Position numbers and translations under genes: made by a program. Below, piece after piece: positions 14,401-27,138 of a DNA stretch of 64,000 nt. The DNA is from Haliotis cracherodii (Eukaryota), in the NCBI RefSeq assembly GCF_022045235.1, contig NW_027266341.1:2604001-2668000 (forward strand), read 5' to 3'. How positions within the stretch are numbered: position 1 is the first letter of the stretch; each line of letters opens with the position of its first letter. Under the pieces are notes generated by a model. That model was given only the letters and a program-made list of their open reading frames with translations, made no database searches and was not told where the DNA came from.

Positions 14401-17400
14401 CGGTTTGTTGCAATGTCTTTAAGTACTATATTCTTTAAATAGATATCTTTAATGTAAGGAGGGTTACTTTAAAAAATAGATTATGAAATATGGTCATAAT
14501 GAATTGATATTTCAGTATATATGTTATTTGGTAACTGTACCTTCCATCCTAAAATAATGATACCAAACAAATATGAATGAAATGACTTAATGTAACAAAT
14601 ACATGTACGGTTACTGGTGTAACTGAATTCAGAAATCTTATTAATCCTCGCAAACATTCGGTTTTAACACTAACTACTTAAAAACTGTCAACATATCCAT
14701 GCGCGCCTCCTGCTCAGGCTGTCCGTTATACTCTGATTTAAGATCTAAAATATATTCCTTAATACAGGCTATAAAATTTAAAAATGGTATCAGTGGCTAG
14801 AATATCATGGTGCAACCAGTTTTCTGTTAAACACCCCCACACATACAAGTAACTAAATGTATATTTAGATAAATATTTAACCCAGAAAAAATAAAGGAGA
14901 GAAAAAAATAAATAAAAAAGTACATGAACAAATAAACATTAAAACCTTGAGGAATGTGAAAAGCCAATGTGTAATGCTAAAGCCGAAGACATGATAAACT
15001 GTACCAACATTACAATGTTCCCCGATATGCATGCATTATCTAAGTTAGAAATATATGACTGATATAAATTTTTTCAAGACGGTAATATCGCATATGCTTG
15101 GATTATCTTTTTTCTCTCAAATGTGCTCCATTCAAGAACATTATATAGAATTATGTATTTACTCTCCCCCATGTATTTTGCTCTTTTATGTAAAAGCTTT
15201 TTACACCTTACACATTTTAATTACAGATTCCGTTGTTTTGATTTTAATGCAAACAAACCAGGCTTTTCAATGTATTTTGTTTCAACAGATTTTTAAATAT
15301 ATTAATGGGGATTGACAAACAAGCTTTACTGGCTTATGTAAAAGCCGCCGCCCTTTAGGCTGAGTTTCCATGTGCACGGTTTGCCACGCGGTTTGGGGCA
15401 CGTTTAGGAAGGCGGGTGAAATGCTATAAACAAAAACTATGCTTAAAATTTCGGCGACTTAGTTTCCATGTGCGCGGTTTGCCACGCGGTTTGCCACGCG
15501 GTTTGGGGCTTGTTGTTTAGGAAGGCGGGTGAAATGCTATATACAAAAACTATGCTTAAAAGTTCGGCGACTTAGTTTCCATGTGCGCGGTTTGCCACGC
15601 GGTTTGCCACGCGGTTTGGGGCTTGTTGTTTAGGAAGGCGGGTGAAATGCTATATACAAAAACTATGCTTAAAAGTTCGGCGACTTAGTTTCCATGTGCG
15701 CGGTTTGCCACGCGGTTTGCCACGCGGTTTGGGGCTTGTTGTTTAGGAAGGCGGGTGAAATGCTATATACAAAAACTATGCTTAAAAGTTCGGCGACTTA
15801 GTTTCCATGTGCGCGGTTTGCCACGCGGTTTGCCACGCGGTTTGGGGCTTGTTGTTTAGGAAGGCGGGTGAAATGCTATATACAAAAACTATGCTTAAAA
15901 GTTCGGCGACTTAGTTTCCATGTGCGCGGTTTCACCAACTGCAAACCGCTAGGGGCTAGCAGTTGGGGAAACCGCGCAAATCGAAAAAGTTCATTTATGG
16001 TGTAGTATTTCCATTGGCAAATCGAAACAGTTCATTTATGGTGTAGTATTTCCATAGGCGCTGTTAGGACCGCTCGGCTAAAAACAAGTCGAACAGTGCT
16101 CGATCATCTTGAACCGCATGGTAAGCCCAAAATTGCGGTTTGACTAATCAGCATTGATTTTTATTCCATAAACTGTCATAAAGTATTCATAAAATATCAG
16201 GGGTCATTTCAACTTGCAAAATGATTGACATAGTCCTTTATAGAGCGAGGATTGGGCTGTTTTCTCACCCGATTGACTGACATACAACATTCACATGGTT
16301 TAGAATGGTACAATGAATGGTAAAGCATGCAAATTACTCTATTACGCGATATTTCATAAGAAAAAAACATATCTCCGTTAAAACATAAAACCAATATTTA
16401 AGAGTCCACATATTGACATAAGACTTTATCACTGTCTTCAATTCCAAAATGTTAGATATAAACTTTCGGACAGTTCAGTTCAAAATTCTTCAACCATTAA
16501 TACACGCAATAATGCACGCAAGTAAAACTTGTTGAGAAGCTGATATTCTCCATCAAAATATACCACAAAGACACCACATAGCAAAAGCAGTTTTAGACAA
16601 TTACAATTGTTGAACTGCATGACAAGTCTATATAAATATATAGTTCGGGGGAGAAAATGTTCCGTGAGTCCTCGTAGAAAAGTCAGTGTCTTGACTTACT
16701 TACTTACTTACTTACTTACTTTGGAGATTTAACGTGCGCTTTCCGACTGATGCTTATTTCGCACACGGGCCCGGCCAGGCCATCTAATGTGTTTCCGAAA
16801 GGGGCGAAGGTGGCCTGTGCAACCTTAAGAGGGGGCTTTAGGGGTTGCTTATATATAATTGGGAATTTTGAGATTTGGAATAGATGCCGATGGGGTTGGG
16901 GAGGAGAACTAAGGGAGCTGGGTATGGTGTATGTTTGTTTGTTTATGTGATTTTGATTCGGTAGGTTATTATGTTTTTAGATGCGTTTTATTAGTTCCGT
17001 TTTGATTAAGAATACGCCTAAGGCCTTGAAGTTTTCTAGTTTATTTTGTGAGTTTAGTATTGCTTCTAGAGTGAGAGCCTTGTTTAGATTGAGGGTGGTT
17101 TGAAATGTGTCTTGACTGTGTGTTTTTTTTTTCATGAGAATGTTTCTCACCGACCTTAGCGTGTAGGGGTGTGATGTCCTGGGCAGGAAATGACAGTGTT
17201 TTGACTACTCGTCTTTCATTAATTAACTTGTTGGGCATCCCTAATTAACCTTTATGATTATTCTAGGGGCGAATATATTTCGTGACACCGGAACTACTGA
17301 TGTAACTGAATTCAGAAATCTTATTAATCCTCGCAAACATTCGGTTTTAACACTAACTACGTAAAAGCTGTCAACATATCCACGCCGTTATACTCTGATT

Positions 17401-20400
17401 AAAGATCTAAAATATATTCCTTAATACAGGCTACGATTTGAAAATGGTATCAGTGTAATACCAGGGGCTAGAATATCATGGTGCAACCAGGTTTCTGTTA
17501 AACATACAACATCATAACTATCTAATTCTGTACTGATTAAATCTACTTTAAAATCTACTAAGCCTGCGTACGTTTATTTGTATAATCTTTATAAGCAATG
17601 TAACCCAAAATATAGATAAATGTGTATCATCTTCCCGAAATGATTAGCATGTAGAATAGATTCAAAAACACCTGTATTGAACAACATCAACCGGCATTGT
17701 CAAAGCAAAGTGTACATGCAATTGTTACAGTGGGGCTGGCGGTGAATATTAATGAAGAACATCTTGTTAAAAAGACACACCGAAACTGATTTGCATAACT
17801 GATGACCACAACATATTGCAAAATATCAAAATAGTAAAAATGATACAGTTTAACCTCACACTGAAGAGAAAGCAAGAACGACACAGAGAAGTAAAATAGT
17901 ACGTCATATAGAACTGAGATAAAGTAATCTGAGAAGGGATTCATACGTTTCAACTTAAAAATATATTATCATGAAAAACGAAAGGAAAGGTGGGACCCCC
18001 CCCCTCCCAACCCCCCTTCCACACCCTCAAAATCAATAAAATAATAATAAAAATCAACAAATACCCCCCCCCACCCCCCACCCCCCCCAACGCACACACA
18101 CAAGTAACTAAATGTTAAACTCAGAAAAAATAAAGGAGATAAAAAAAAATGGATAAAAAAACACATAAACAAATTAACATTAAAACTATTGGCAACTGCA
18201 TGGCAAGTATTTATAAAACGACCGGGGGAGGAAATATTCTGGGGGGAGATTTTATTTCGTAGGGTGGGGGAGAGTTTATTTCGAGAGGGGCGGAACTGTA
18301 CCGGTATAAATTCGGCGGGGGGAGATTTTATTCTCGGGGCGCATATATTTCGTGACACCGGCAGAAAACAACTCCAGTTGAGTATGAGTATGCCGATGCT
18401 GTATCTCAACCGTGTTGGCCTGAAAAACTAAACATGTTAATTAAACCCATAATCGTATAATTCTTTTTAATAGAAACCATATCTTAGTTTGTTCTTGCAC
18501 GGTATCATATCGTGTATTTCATCTGTATATGTGTAATGTGTATATGTATAAATGACTACACTTTTACCGCATATTCTGCAACAGACAATAATTGATCACC
18601 CTATTATTGTCTCTCCATTTACTATGGCTGACTGCAACAATACCCTTTTAACAGTGCACACCGATTTCTGTATACATGTAGGCTTTTTGTTTAAAAAGGA
18701 ATATGCAGGAAATTATATGTAACAATTAACTGTTTGAATGTTATCAGTTTTGCGTTTTGAGATACAGTGATGTAAGCATCTTCTACAATTAACAATACAT
18801 GTATATAATATAATACAGAACTCTCTGCCGGAATTTTTCGTGGAAATCATTCGATCAAGTATAAATGACTGCGTGACAAGACAAATCAACTATTTATACC
18901 CGATAAAAGAAACTGGCTTATTTTAGGAACAGTGCTATATCAGGACATTTGAAATTTCTAACCAAGCAGATACATTAGAGACAGTGACTAGACTACATTT
19001 ACGTAATCCGTATCAATCAAAGGTGTAAAATAACTGAAAATCATATCTGTCGGAGACCTACCAAATTTACCAAGATATTATTACTATATTTATTACAATG
19101 CAAATACTTTAGTGATACATTTTTCAGAGGAGAGGGCATATACACAAGTATATTGCTTCCGTGTGTGAATGCAGGTGATACTTGGCATCTCAGTTCTCAG
19201 TTTTATACAGGTTGTATATCTGAATTTGTATATGGAACCATGCGTACAGCATGACAATTACTTGCTAGACGTCAGTCTACAACGCACAAAACACGGTCAA
19301 ACAATTTTGGGCACCGCTTTTGCAAGTTATTTATTACAATAATGTTTTATTAAAATATATTTCAATTCGTTTCCACCATTTTCCCTATTCCATTCCATGC
19401 CGACACTGTAATCAGATACAACGTACTAATGAGAATATGAGAATTATCACAAGAAGGCTGTTTTTTCTGAACTGTTACCATTTTCATACCAAAAGTGACA
19501 ATGCATTTAAAAGTTGCTTTAGTGTCATAATATTCACTCAATCGCCTGTAAACATCGCACCGCATTTAATGAAATAATTATTTTGAGATTTCGTTAGAAT
19601 GTGAGATATTCATCTAGACGTTATGCAATGAAAGACGAATCGTTTTTTTCCCTATTAAAATACGCGAACGTGTACCTGTCTATTGCATATCTATTGTCAC
19701 TTAATTTCCCAGTGTGATGAATTAACGAGACATAAAATGGGAAGTGAAAAAGAAACAAACTAAACTTTAATTCGTTGAAAAATAACGCCAATGAATTGGT
19801 GTACACGCGCATGAGTTTGTATGATAAACTGTCAAAACGTTTTGAGAGATAAGGCCGGGTTCATTAAAGATCGTTGCAATATGTAAAAAAGGGGAAATTT
19901 GTAAAACTTCTGCAAAGGAAACATCCAACCAAAGGCCCTTTTAAAGTAGTAACGTAATGATAAATACAAAGTGTGTTTCACATGATACAATATACTTTGT
20001 AAACAATTAGTTAATTCTTTAAAGGGACTGACGAAAACATGGGCGAAATATTATAATAACGCCAAAAATTAAAATGAGTTGAATCATGTGCCATGCTTAT
20101 AATCCCTTAATGTATTTGCGAAACTAAAACTGTTGAGCAAAGGAAAATATGCTCGCCCATGGGCCAAACCTTTTTCTCGTTGAATTAAGTTAAAATGAGT
20201 TAAATTGTGTGTATGATACTTGATGGAATACAAGTTAAGTATTTGCGAAACAAAAACATGAGTTTTGTGTAAAGGAAAATATTCTCGCCCATGGGCCAAG
20301 CCTTTTTCTCGCCCATGGGCAAAATATTTCAATATCGCTCTAAAATCGTTGAATTAAGTTAAAATGAGTTAAATTGTGTGTATGATACTTGATGGAATAC

Positions 20401-22740
20401 AAGTTAAATATTTGCGAAACAAAAACATGAGTTTTGAGTAAAGGAAAATATTCTCGCCCATGGGCCTGCCCATGGGCCAAACTTCGCCCATGGGCAGGCC
20501 CAGGGGCCAAGCCTTTTTCTCGCACATTGGCGAAATATTTCAATATCGCTCTAAAATCGTTGAATTAAGTTAAAATGAGTTAAATGTTGTGTCATGATAC
20601 GTGAAGGAATGCATTAAAATATATTTGCGAAACAAACACATAAGTTTTGTGTAATGGAAAATATTCTCGCCCATATGCCAAACCTTTTTCTCGCCCATGG
20701 GCGAACTATTTCAATATCGCTATAAAATCGTTGAATTAAGTTTAAATGAGTTCAATTTTGTTCATTTTTTCATCCTTAGTATGTTCCCATGAAAACAGCA
20801 TGCTTATTTTTGTAAATACCTTTGACCGAGACTGGGAAAAGTCCGTAGAGTTTCTGGACTTTTGGGTTTCCAGAATTAAAATGGGACGTGTTTATTTATA
20901 TTACTTGTAACAGAAACATGTTGTATGGATATGTTGACAGATAAGGGCGAATCCAGAATATGAACCCTCGACACACACCCAAACACCCACCCAACCAATC
21001 GCCCAAGCAAATACTCACTCGTGGGCAAATCCAGAAAACATACGCTCGACACGACGATCGGGACAACACGTAGTACAGCCACCTTTATTCGAATAACCTT
21101 TGAGTACATATATCCTGCATTGCATTATCAAATTTATTTTATACCTTTCAAATGGTTTTGTGAAACCATGTACTCAGACTAAGCATTCAATTCATAGTTA
21201 TCATGATAGTGTTTCTGAGTTTGTTTGCAGCATGCCGGTGTTCTCTGGTTTCATCACACTGGTAAGCATCTTCTGCCTGCATCACTTCCGGTCTTCCTTT
21301 CCGCGAACACCTGGTGTCATTAATATTTGAACGTGATTTGAACACGTGCTCATGATATAGTCGGAATTGTACAATCGACTCTGCTTTATGCACAGAATTC
21401 TATTGGATAAGGAAAGGGTTTTGTCGCTTTATTTACATATCAGTCTGACAGCCTCAACCTGACACGCCCTTATATAAGTGAAAAACTGTCACAGTGAAAC
21501 TCACTTAATCTAACCGGCCATAAACACTCCAAGACACACACTCACTCACACACTCGACCACCCAAACACACACCCACCCGCCAAAGCACACTCACTCACT
21601 CACTCACTGACAGTGCAGTCTTGATAGTGCAATCGCATTTAGATACCATGCATCACTTTAACTCACACACTCGACCACCCAAACACACACCCACCCGCCA
21701 AAGCACACTCACTCACTCACTCACTGACAGTGCAGTCTTGATAGTGCAATCGCATTTAGATACCATGCATCACTTTAACTCACACACTCGACCACCCAAA
21801 CACACACCCACCCGCCAAAGCACACTCACTCACTCACTCACTGACAGTGCAGTCTTGATAGTGCAATCGCATTTAGATACCATGCATCACTTTAACTCAC
21901 ACACTCGACCACCCAAACACACACCCACCCGCCCAAGCACACTCACTCACTCACTGACAGTGCAGTCTTGATAGTGCAATCGCATTTAGATACCATGCAT
22001 CACTTTAACTCACACACTCGACCACCCAAACACACACCCACCCACCAAAGCACACTCACTCACTCACTGACAGTGCAGTCTTGATAGTGCAATCGCATTT
22101 AGATACCATGCATCACTTTAACTCACACACTCTACCACCCAAACACACACCCACCCACCCAAGCACACTCACTCACTCACTGACAGTGCAGTCTTGATAG
22201 TGCAATCGCATTTAGATACCATGCATCACTTTGACTCACACATTGTAAAGCCTCAGAGTCGGGCAGTCCTTACTTTACCCCCAACGCTGAGCCCCAGACA
22301 GGGTAACAGCAAGTGTAATCTTTTAATGTCTTTGGTATGACACGTCTGGGGAATCGAACCATCGACCCCTTCGACCCCTTCCCCTCTTCACACACACAAC
22401 GGAAATGGTAGTAATCAACTTATATTACATGCATTTTCTGTTAGGCTTTGCAAAGATATCATTTTTGAATTACTGCACATCACCATCTTCTACAACTTCA
22501 CTCCCCTATAAGCAAGCCATTAATTGTAATACCGTCGTGCTCAGTGTTGTTTACAGTGATTGTCTAGGCTAAAACTCTCGTGCAACAATAATGCAAAATG
22601 AGGTAGTGACATTACAGTAATCGACCTAAAGATTTAATGTATATCAAATAAGGAAGCATGGTGTGTCACTCACCAATGATAACCTGTATCCAGCAAGACG
22701 ATGTGACCACGATGACAGTCAATATCCACACACCCGCCAT
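3031..22740 (-). CDS. Gene 1: F-type lectin/EGF-repeat single-pass receptor (MEGF10/SCARF-like EGFs plus FTP domain), with an in-frame stop at the start of the last exon
   Basis: Hand-spliced GT-AG exons: 22740-22674, 11579-11439, 9144-8938, 7402-7202, 6713-6582, 6423-6283, 5931-5794, 5456-5319, 3681-3555, 3361-3031. Phases are consistent (1623 nt in total). TAA at 3355-3357 would give 432 aa instead of 540 aa. Confidence 0.8.
3555..3681 (-). CDS. Gene 1 transmembrane exon
   Basis: ttttttccag|..SSPQQNNPVGGEEILIHAVTAIVILVAAGAAVGVVCWRRRQR|gtactt: hydrophobic run followed by a basic stop-transfer motif. Confidence 0.85.
5319..5456 (-). CDS. Gene 1 EGF-like exon
   Basis: ACDSQHYGPDCIKTCASRHCEGNSSCNSTGRCDTWCETGWTGADCT; 138 nt, phase 1-1. 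Confidence 0.85.
5597..5730 (-). pseudogene. Frameshifted EGF pseudo-exon
   Basis: HYGDNCIKTCISRHC, then frameshifts; copy of the neighbouring 138-nt exons, with the donor retained. Confidence 0.7.
5794..5931 (-). CDS. Gene 1 EGF-like exon
   Basis: ACEPHRYGTNCVKTCASRHCVGHSSCNTTGHCDRGCQTGWTLDDCT; phase 1-1. Confidence 0.85.
6283..6423 (-). CDS. Gene 1 EGF-like exon
   Basis: ACDKDRYGVNCNETCGKCAAAPSSCDRHTGSCDTGCLPGWTRVDCKQ; AG/GT flanks. Confidence 0.85.
6582..6713 (-). CDS. Gene 1 EGF-like exon following the lectin domain
   Basis: VCSHGTFGELCNHFCHCSDRPCDRFSGICAGDCRPGWQGQNCST|gtaagg. Confidence 0.88.
7202..7402 (-). CDS. Gene 1 F-type lectin domain, C-terminal exon
   Basis: SIDRLQTAVLSLSNSSSSTPGVTCYTFP...VTCDGTGRYFTITHSTETLNLCEVEIF; the GRY and LCEVE motifs are FTP hallmarks. 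Confidence 0.9.
8420..8477 (+). repeat. (TG)n/(CG)n microsatellite
   Basis: Read directly from the sequence. Confidence 0.95.
8938..9144 (-). CDS. Gene 1 F-type lectin domain, N-terminal exon
   Basis: ENIAKGKSAT...ADKVVDGN...SCFH...WTVDLGQPYRIHDVRIYNR, matching the NxA, VDGN, CxH, WxVDLG and YNR motifs of fucolectins. Confidence 0.9.
9632..9797 (-). mobile_element. tRNA-derived SINE with (CTCA)n tail
   Basis: The minus strand has A-box (TAGCCTTGTGGTTAAAGCG) and B-box-like (GGTCGAATCCC) motifs and a CTCA tail. Second copy at 47929-48105; head fragment at 42694-42752. Confidence 0.85.
11005..11328 (-). mobile_element. tRNA-derived SINE, second family (CGTCATACCAAA..GATGGTACTTGTTG core)
   Basis: The core recurs at about 22250-22390(-), 24770-24930(+), 27790-27950(-), 49930-50085(-), 50730-50890(+) and 61820-61970(-). 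Confidence 0.75.
11439..11579 (-). CDS. Gene 1 N-terminal EGF-like exon
   Basis: GSCPTGKFGDSCFYSCHCGDSCDQTTGVCGGGCESGWMGGNGSNCQK; ttttacag acceptor; paralogous to 42433-42576. Confidence 0.88.
13740..14242 (+). pseudogene. MULE transposase C-terminal relic (continues at 18362-18430)
   Basis: Frame-hopping translation: ..IRDWE..; RASAFPLV; NLFDTIGSRTTN..EEWHSELKK..GPNHPNIYKFVSFL; IQAGGRLPTKRRKYRNLD; after the insertion QKTTPVEYEYADAVS. Confidence 0.7.
15363..15935 (+). repeat. 113-bp tandem repeat, 5 units plus a partial unit
   Basis: AGTTTCCATG at 15363, 15461, 15574, 15687, 15800 and 15913. Confidence 0.95.
16694..17250 (-). mobile_element. Probable 5'-truncated non-LTR retrotransposon 3' end with (TAAG)n tail
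   Basis: The minus strand ends ...GCGCACGTTAAATCTCCAA(AGTA)n and interrupts a transposon subterminal region. Confidence 0.45.
21540..22242 (+). repeat. 113-117-bp tandem repeat (6 copies) built from a SINE segment plus a CA-rich tract
   Basis: TTGATAGTGC at 21621, 21738, 21855, 21968, 22081 and 22194; single copy at the paralogous site 49872. Confidence 0.92.
22674..22740 (-). CDS. Gene 1 signal-peptide (leader) exon
   Basis: MAGVWILTVIVVTSSCWIQVII G|gtgagt; 67 nt, phase 1, compatible with exon 2. Confidence 0.75.
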
Positions 22741-25700
22741 GTTTGACAACCAGGAAGTTGTTTCCGCTTGACTTGAAAGCTGGGACACCTGACCTTGCCC
22801 GCAGTCGAAATATTCATGGACACTATAAGCTAGGGGCTGCTAACATACAATGCGAATGCCTTAGATGCATGTGTGTCTTTGTCTCTCACCATGCAAGTAA
22901 ACGTAGAGGAGGCTCAGAATTCACATTCAAAAAAACATTAAGTCTCATTTTAGTCAACTCGTCAAAAAAAGGATATTTTAGGTGGCCTCAAAATATGTTG
23001 TAACTTGAAGTGCATTGTAATAGATAACGTGGACACGTTAATGGCCAAGTCACAGTTTCTGAGGGGATGTTATTGTTGGGGTCGAGGTTTTTCATAAAGT
23101 AAGAAAACTTTCCTCAGTTTATGAATTAGACATGATCATTGTTTTACATTAGTCGCGTGAATGAGACACACAAACAACTCGTGATCTGTGTGTAGGAATC
23201 AGGCAATATCCATCATTGTATACTGAGGAGGCAGACAAACCGAAATAATATAATTTATGTGAGTTACACAAACGACCTTTGTATTATAGTAGTTGTATGG
23301 AGTCATTGACAGCTGTCGACTAAATGGAGAGTTTGCAGCATATGTTGAATACTTAATTTCTATGCTGGTCATACTTCCTTAATTGTGTGGATAGGTGAAA
23401 AGCATCCATACGTAACATGATACATTGTGACTGCATATCCTGTATTCGAGAGAGGGGAACAACTGAAGTGTGTTTTTGTGTGTAACTTAATGGGACGAGG
23501 TCATGATCAAGCTGCACTAAAAAGATGGGGATACATGTTTTCAGGAAACAACACACAGCTTCCTTCTAGTGTAAGGTAAAAGTTATAACGCCATGATTAT
23601 AAATAATAAAGGCAAAGGCTATTCGAGTACGTTATCAGATTGTGGTACGTGTATGTTTAAAACTCACAATGAAAGGGCGTATATTACAGCATAATGTGAT
23701 TTAGTCTCACTGTACATGAAGAGAACAATATACTTCCCTGTGACATTTTAAGCAGTACCTCTACTACTGGTTGAAAGTTACAACTTACTCACTGTGGATA
23801 TTCCCTAGGTATGTAATAAACATATTATCGTGGGTTCTATTTCGAGTCCGTTTACTATATTATATTTGTCAATATCACACCATCCCATGCTGACGACCCG
23901 TGATGTCATTGTTAGTGAGGAATGCTCAAAGTGGTCGTGAGTGTAATCTCCTCACTCTTATCATGGCGCTTATATTTCATAATAATTAATCATCAATTTC
24001 CGCCATTAGTGAAAGTCTACCATGCTTCAGCACCGTTTCCATATTTGCCACAACAATCATGTGGTATGCAAGCTATTCCAAACTTGGGCTGTCCATTGCG
24101 TATGAGCATTCTTAGCGTTAACACCGTGTGCTAATTTCCTCAGCTCGCCAATGACTGCCCTCGGTAGATAGTTTTACCCATACATCAGCTGCCAACTGAG
24201 AAACAATATACATCTACCATGATTTAGTCGCTTTTTCTATTTATTAACAATATTTATTTGTGAATAACCATCCTCTTTGTTTATATAAATCATTTTAAAC
24301 TTAGTCAGTGTTTGAGTTGTAGATCAGCTGGAACCTCTTACGCTTGGTCATGTTTTCCCTAACCAGTCAGAGTGAGCGGACTAACATCGTCTCGGTCGGA
24401 GGGTCTTACATTAGCAAACTCGGTCATAACTTACACATAATATAGTCAGTAAATGTGTCTCTTTCTTCCCTCATCAAAAAATGCAAATGTGCGGATAGAG
24501 AAATAAGTAAAGAAATTCAGATATTGATTAAATAAAAAGAAGCTTACATGGCTAGGATCATGGTTCATAATTACCTTCACAGTAATGGAACCCGATAGCT
24601 TTCCGGACCACCGAGTGTATGTACTTTTATACGCATGATACGCGTTTTCCATCACATAAGAACCTGCAGGACATGTTTGTGCCTTCCACACTGCTCAGGT
24701 TGAGTCAACTTACCTGTGACACACTTGTCTCACTGGTTATAGCAAGGTTGATACAATAATGTCCTGCTTCGCGACCTGTTTCTGTGGTTTTGTAGACCGT
24801 CAGCCTTAGAGCGGGAGGTCGGCGGTTCGATCAAGTGGCTGCGTCATACCAAAATACATAATTAAGATGGTACTTGTTGTTACCCTGCCCGGCGCTCCGC
24901 ATTACAATCCCAAAACAAGGACAGTTATATTTATTGTAATTGTGTTATTTTTAGAAAGTATGTTTGTGTGTTTTGTGAGGCATATGCTGTCGTCTTGCCT
25001 TTGAGTAATCACAGGAATCGGACAAACACAGCCTGTATGTGTTGGAATGGTTTTAGAATTCAGACAATTACAATTCTTAACGCCATCACCAAGTGTTAAT
25101 ATCATTGTATTACTTGTTACCGCATCAAATGTGAACTTTCTCAGCAGACCGGAGATACCATGTCGACAGTCAGTCATCTAGACACCCGCTATTCCCGACG
25201 ACCGGGAAGTTGTTCAGTGTTTGCCTGCACTAATCACACGGGCCTGGTGTCTCTGACATTATCACAAAAGTACTCGCGCACAAGTACGTTTACAATAGAG
25301 AGTCGATCTTTGGTATTGTGATATTGCAAGTCTCGTGCAATTATTAAGGCCCAGAGCATATAATAGTTTTTGTCGAAGCATCATCACAAAATTCACCACC
25401 ACAGTAGATTTACTAATGTTAACTTTTAGTTGCAAATGAGAGTTGACCCCTTTGAATCCATTCGCCAGGCAATAGAAACATCGTGTTCACTATGTCAGCA
25501 GATGCAATCCCGTATCGTGAATTTGGCTGCTCGTAATTTATGTTGTCCTTAGGAAATTACAAGTTTATAGCAAATATAATATCTGTTGACTTGCATGAAA
25601 TCACATGACACGACGGTATGAGTAGATCGTGTCTCGGACTCCCCTTTCCTACACTAGATCGAGTCTGATATAATGAAGCTAGATAAGTCCTTTGGATGAA

Positions 25701-25920
25701 GATGTTTCTGTTGATGATGTCTGTGGTAAGGCTATTATTAATACATTTTCAGAATCCTATCTTTTCTTATAATTGATATCATGTGCAAAGTTGCGCCCCT
25801 AGGGCACGCCAGGAACCTATGATTGTGGGTTCGAATCCCGGTGCGACACGATTATGTTTCTAGGTTTGTCAGCACCATGCCCGTGCCCTTGGGTTTCACC
25901 GAAGTGGTAAACGTCTGAGA

Positions 25921-27138
25921 GACACTTTTAGTAATGTTTTATTGATTACCTACCGTCAGCCAGTAAGGAGTAAGAAAACACCACCACAAACTGTTACTCA
26001 TATGTTTATTTACAGCACTAAGAATTCAAATGACATGAGTCATATCAACAAAATCTAATTAATGTCAGCACTATCAATTCAAATCGGAGGAGTCATCTCA
26101 ACACTAAAAGTCAATAGCACATGAAAAAACCCTTAAACCACCTTAATGAGTGGCAACGGCATCCAGGTACTTCATTGTCATCTTTTCCCCGCTGTCAAGT
26201 TTTTCTTTCATCTTGCCAGTCGATTGTCAATTACCTTGTATACTCGCTTCCTAGGAGGAGGGGCTGCATCAAAGTTAATCTGAGAAATCTTGAGATGATC
26301 GGCCTTTTTCAATTTTCTTAAAAATATTCAAAAGTCGGTAAACGTTTGGATGTCGGGCCGACAGAGAAGTAATCAAACGACTGTTGTTAGTCCTTGCACC
26401 GAATGTGGCGTGATGGTTCCACATCAGGATCGGGAAGAGGGAGTCGTCATCAACCCAAGTCGTATACATGTCGTCATTGAACTCATTGGCACCGGGGACA
26501 GCAGGGCAGTCATTCATGTCATCAACCCAAAATATCCTGAACCCAACGCAAGGGGACAAGGGTCAGGGCACACGCGCGTCGGATCCATTGCTCCATTACT
26601 CCTGGGCTTTCCTCCACGCGGTTTGACTGAAGTGGAAGAAGTATCCTTTGATGTCGGCAACAGTGGTGCACTTTCCGTTACATGTCTTCACTGTACACCT
26701 CCAATGCGTGCATGTATGGCGGATCTTACTGCGGTTGAAGAGATAACCCTGGAAGTATACCCGTGGTGTCTCTTTACATGACATAACATATTCGACTTGT
26801 TGCAATCCTGCCATCTTAATACAATGCAAGAGTTCAGAGCTGTTGGGATTATATAGGGGTCATATCCTTCATGGTAAGAACACTGAATGTAAATTGGTAA
26901 AATATTGTTTGGTTAACTTAATTAGGAAGTCTCAAATGTAGGTGTGAAATTACTTAAACAAAAGAATAGTTAACAATCTTGTTTAAACTCAAACAATTCA
27001 GTAGTAGTAGTTTTAATCAGTATATAGATATATGGGACTAGCCCATTACAACACAGGTAAGCTCACTTTATTTATTTAGTAAATTGTCTAAAAAATGGGT
27101 GTCAAGCACATGGTGAGTCTGACGGATGGTGTAAAACC
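25921..27138 (-). mobile_element. Internally deleted FLYWCH-MULE element, copy 1 (left TIR partly deleted)
   Basis: ORF pieces 26596..26829 (FLYWCH-like GYLF..HWRC..C fused to GYFFHFSQ) and 26275..26559 (WVDDDSLFP..WNH..RTNN..HPNVY). Confidence 0.8.

Larger units (their letters stand above)
14243..18361. mobile_element. Non-autonomous DNA transposon with CCGGTGTC...GACACCGG termini and C/G-rich subterminal repeats, inserted in the MULE relic
   Basis: 14243-14395 is imperfectly inverted relative to 18220-18361. An extra right end lies at 17265-17291. Internal direct duplication of about 14612-14830 at about 17295-17503. Confidence 0.7.
11900..20752. mobile_element. Foldback-type Mutator-like DNA transposon with about 1.2-kb modular TIRs, in gene 1 intron 1
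   Basis: 11900-13105 is the reverse complement of 19588-20752. The TIRs are built from about 170-200-bp modules containing GCCCATGGGC palindromes, and a MULE transposase relic lies inside. Exact ends and TSD not resolved. Confidence 0.8.

Noticed and set aside
15363-15935. CRISPR-like array (also considered for 21540-22242, 36727-37207 and 56443-57850)
   Set aside because: The units are head-to-tail with no unique spacers, there are no cas genes, and the context is eukaryotic.
21621-21971. 116-aa repetitive ORF
   Set aside because: A by-product of the 117-bp tandem repeat; the frame breaks when the unit becomes 113 bp.
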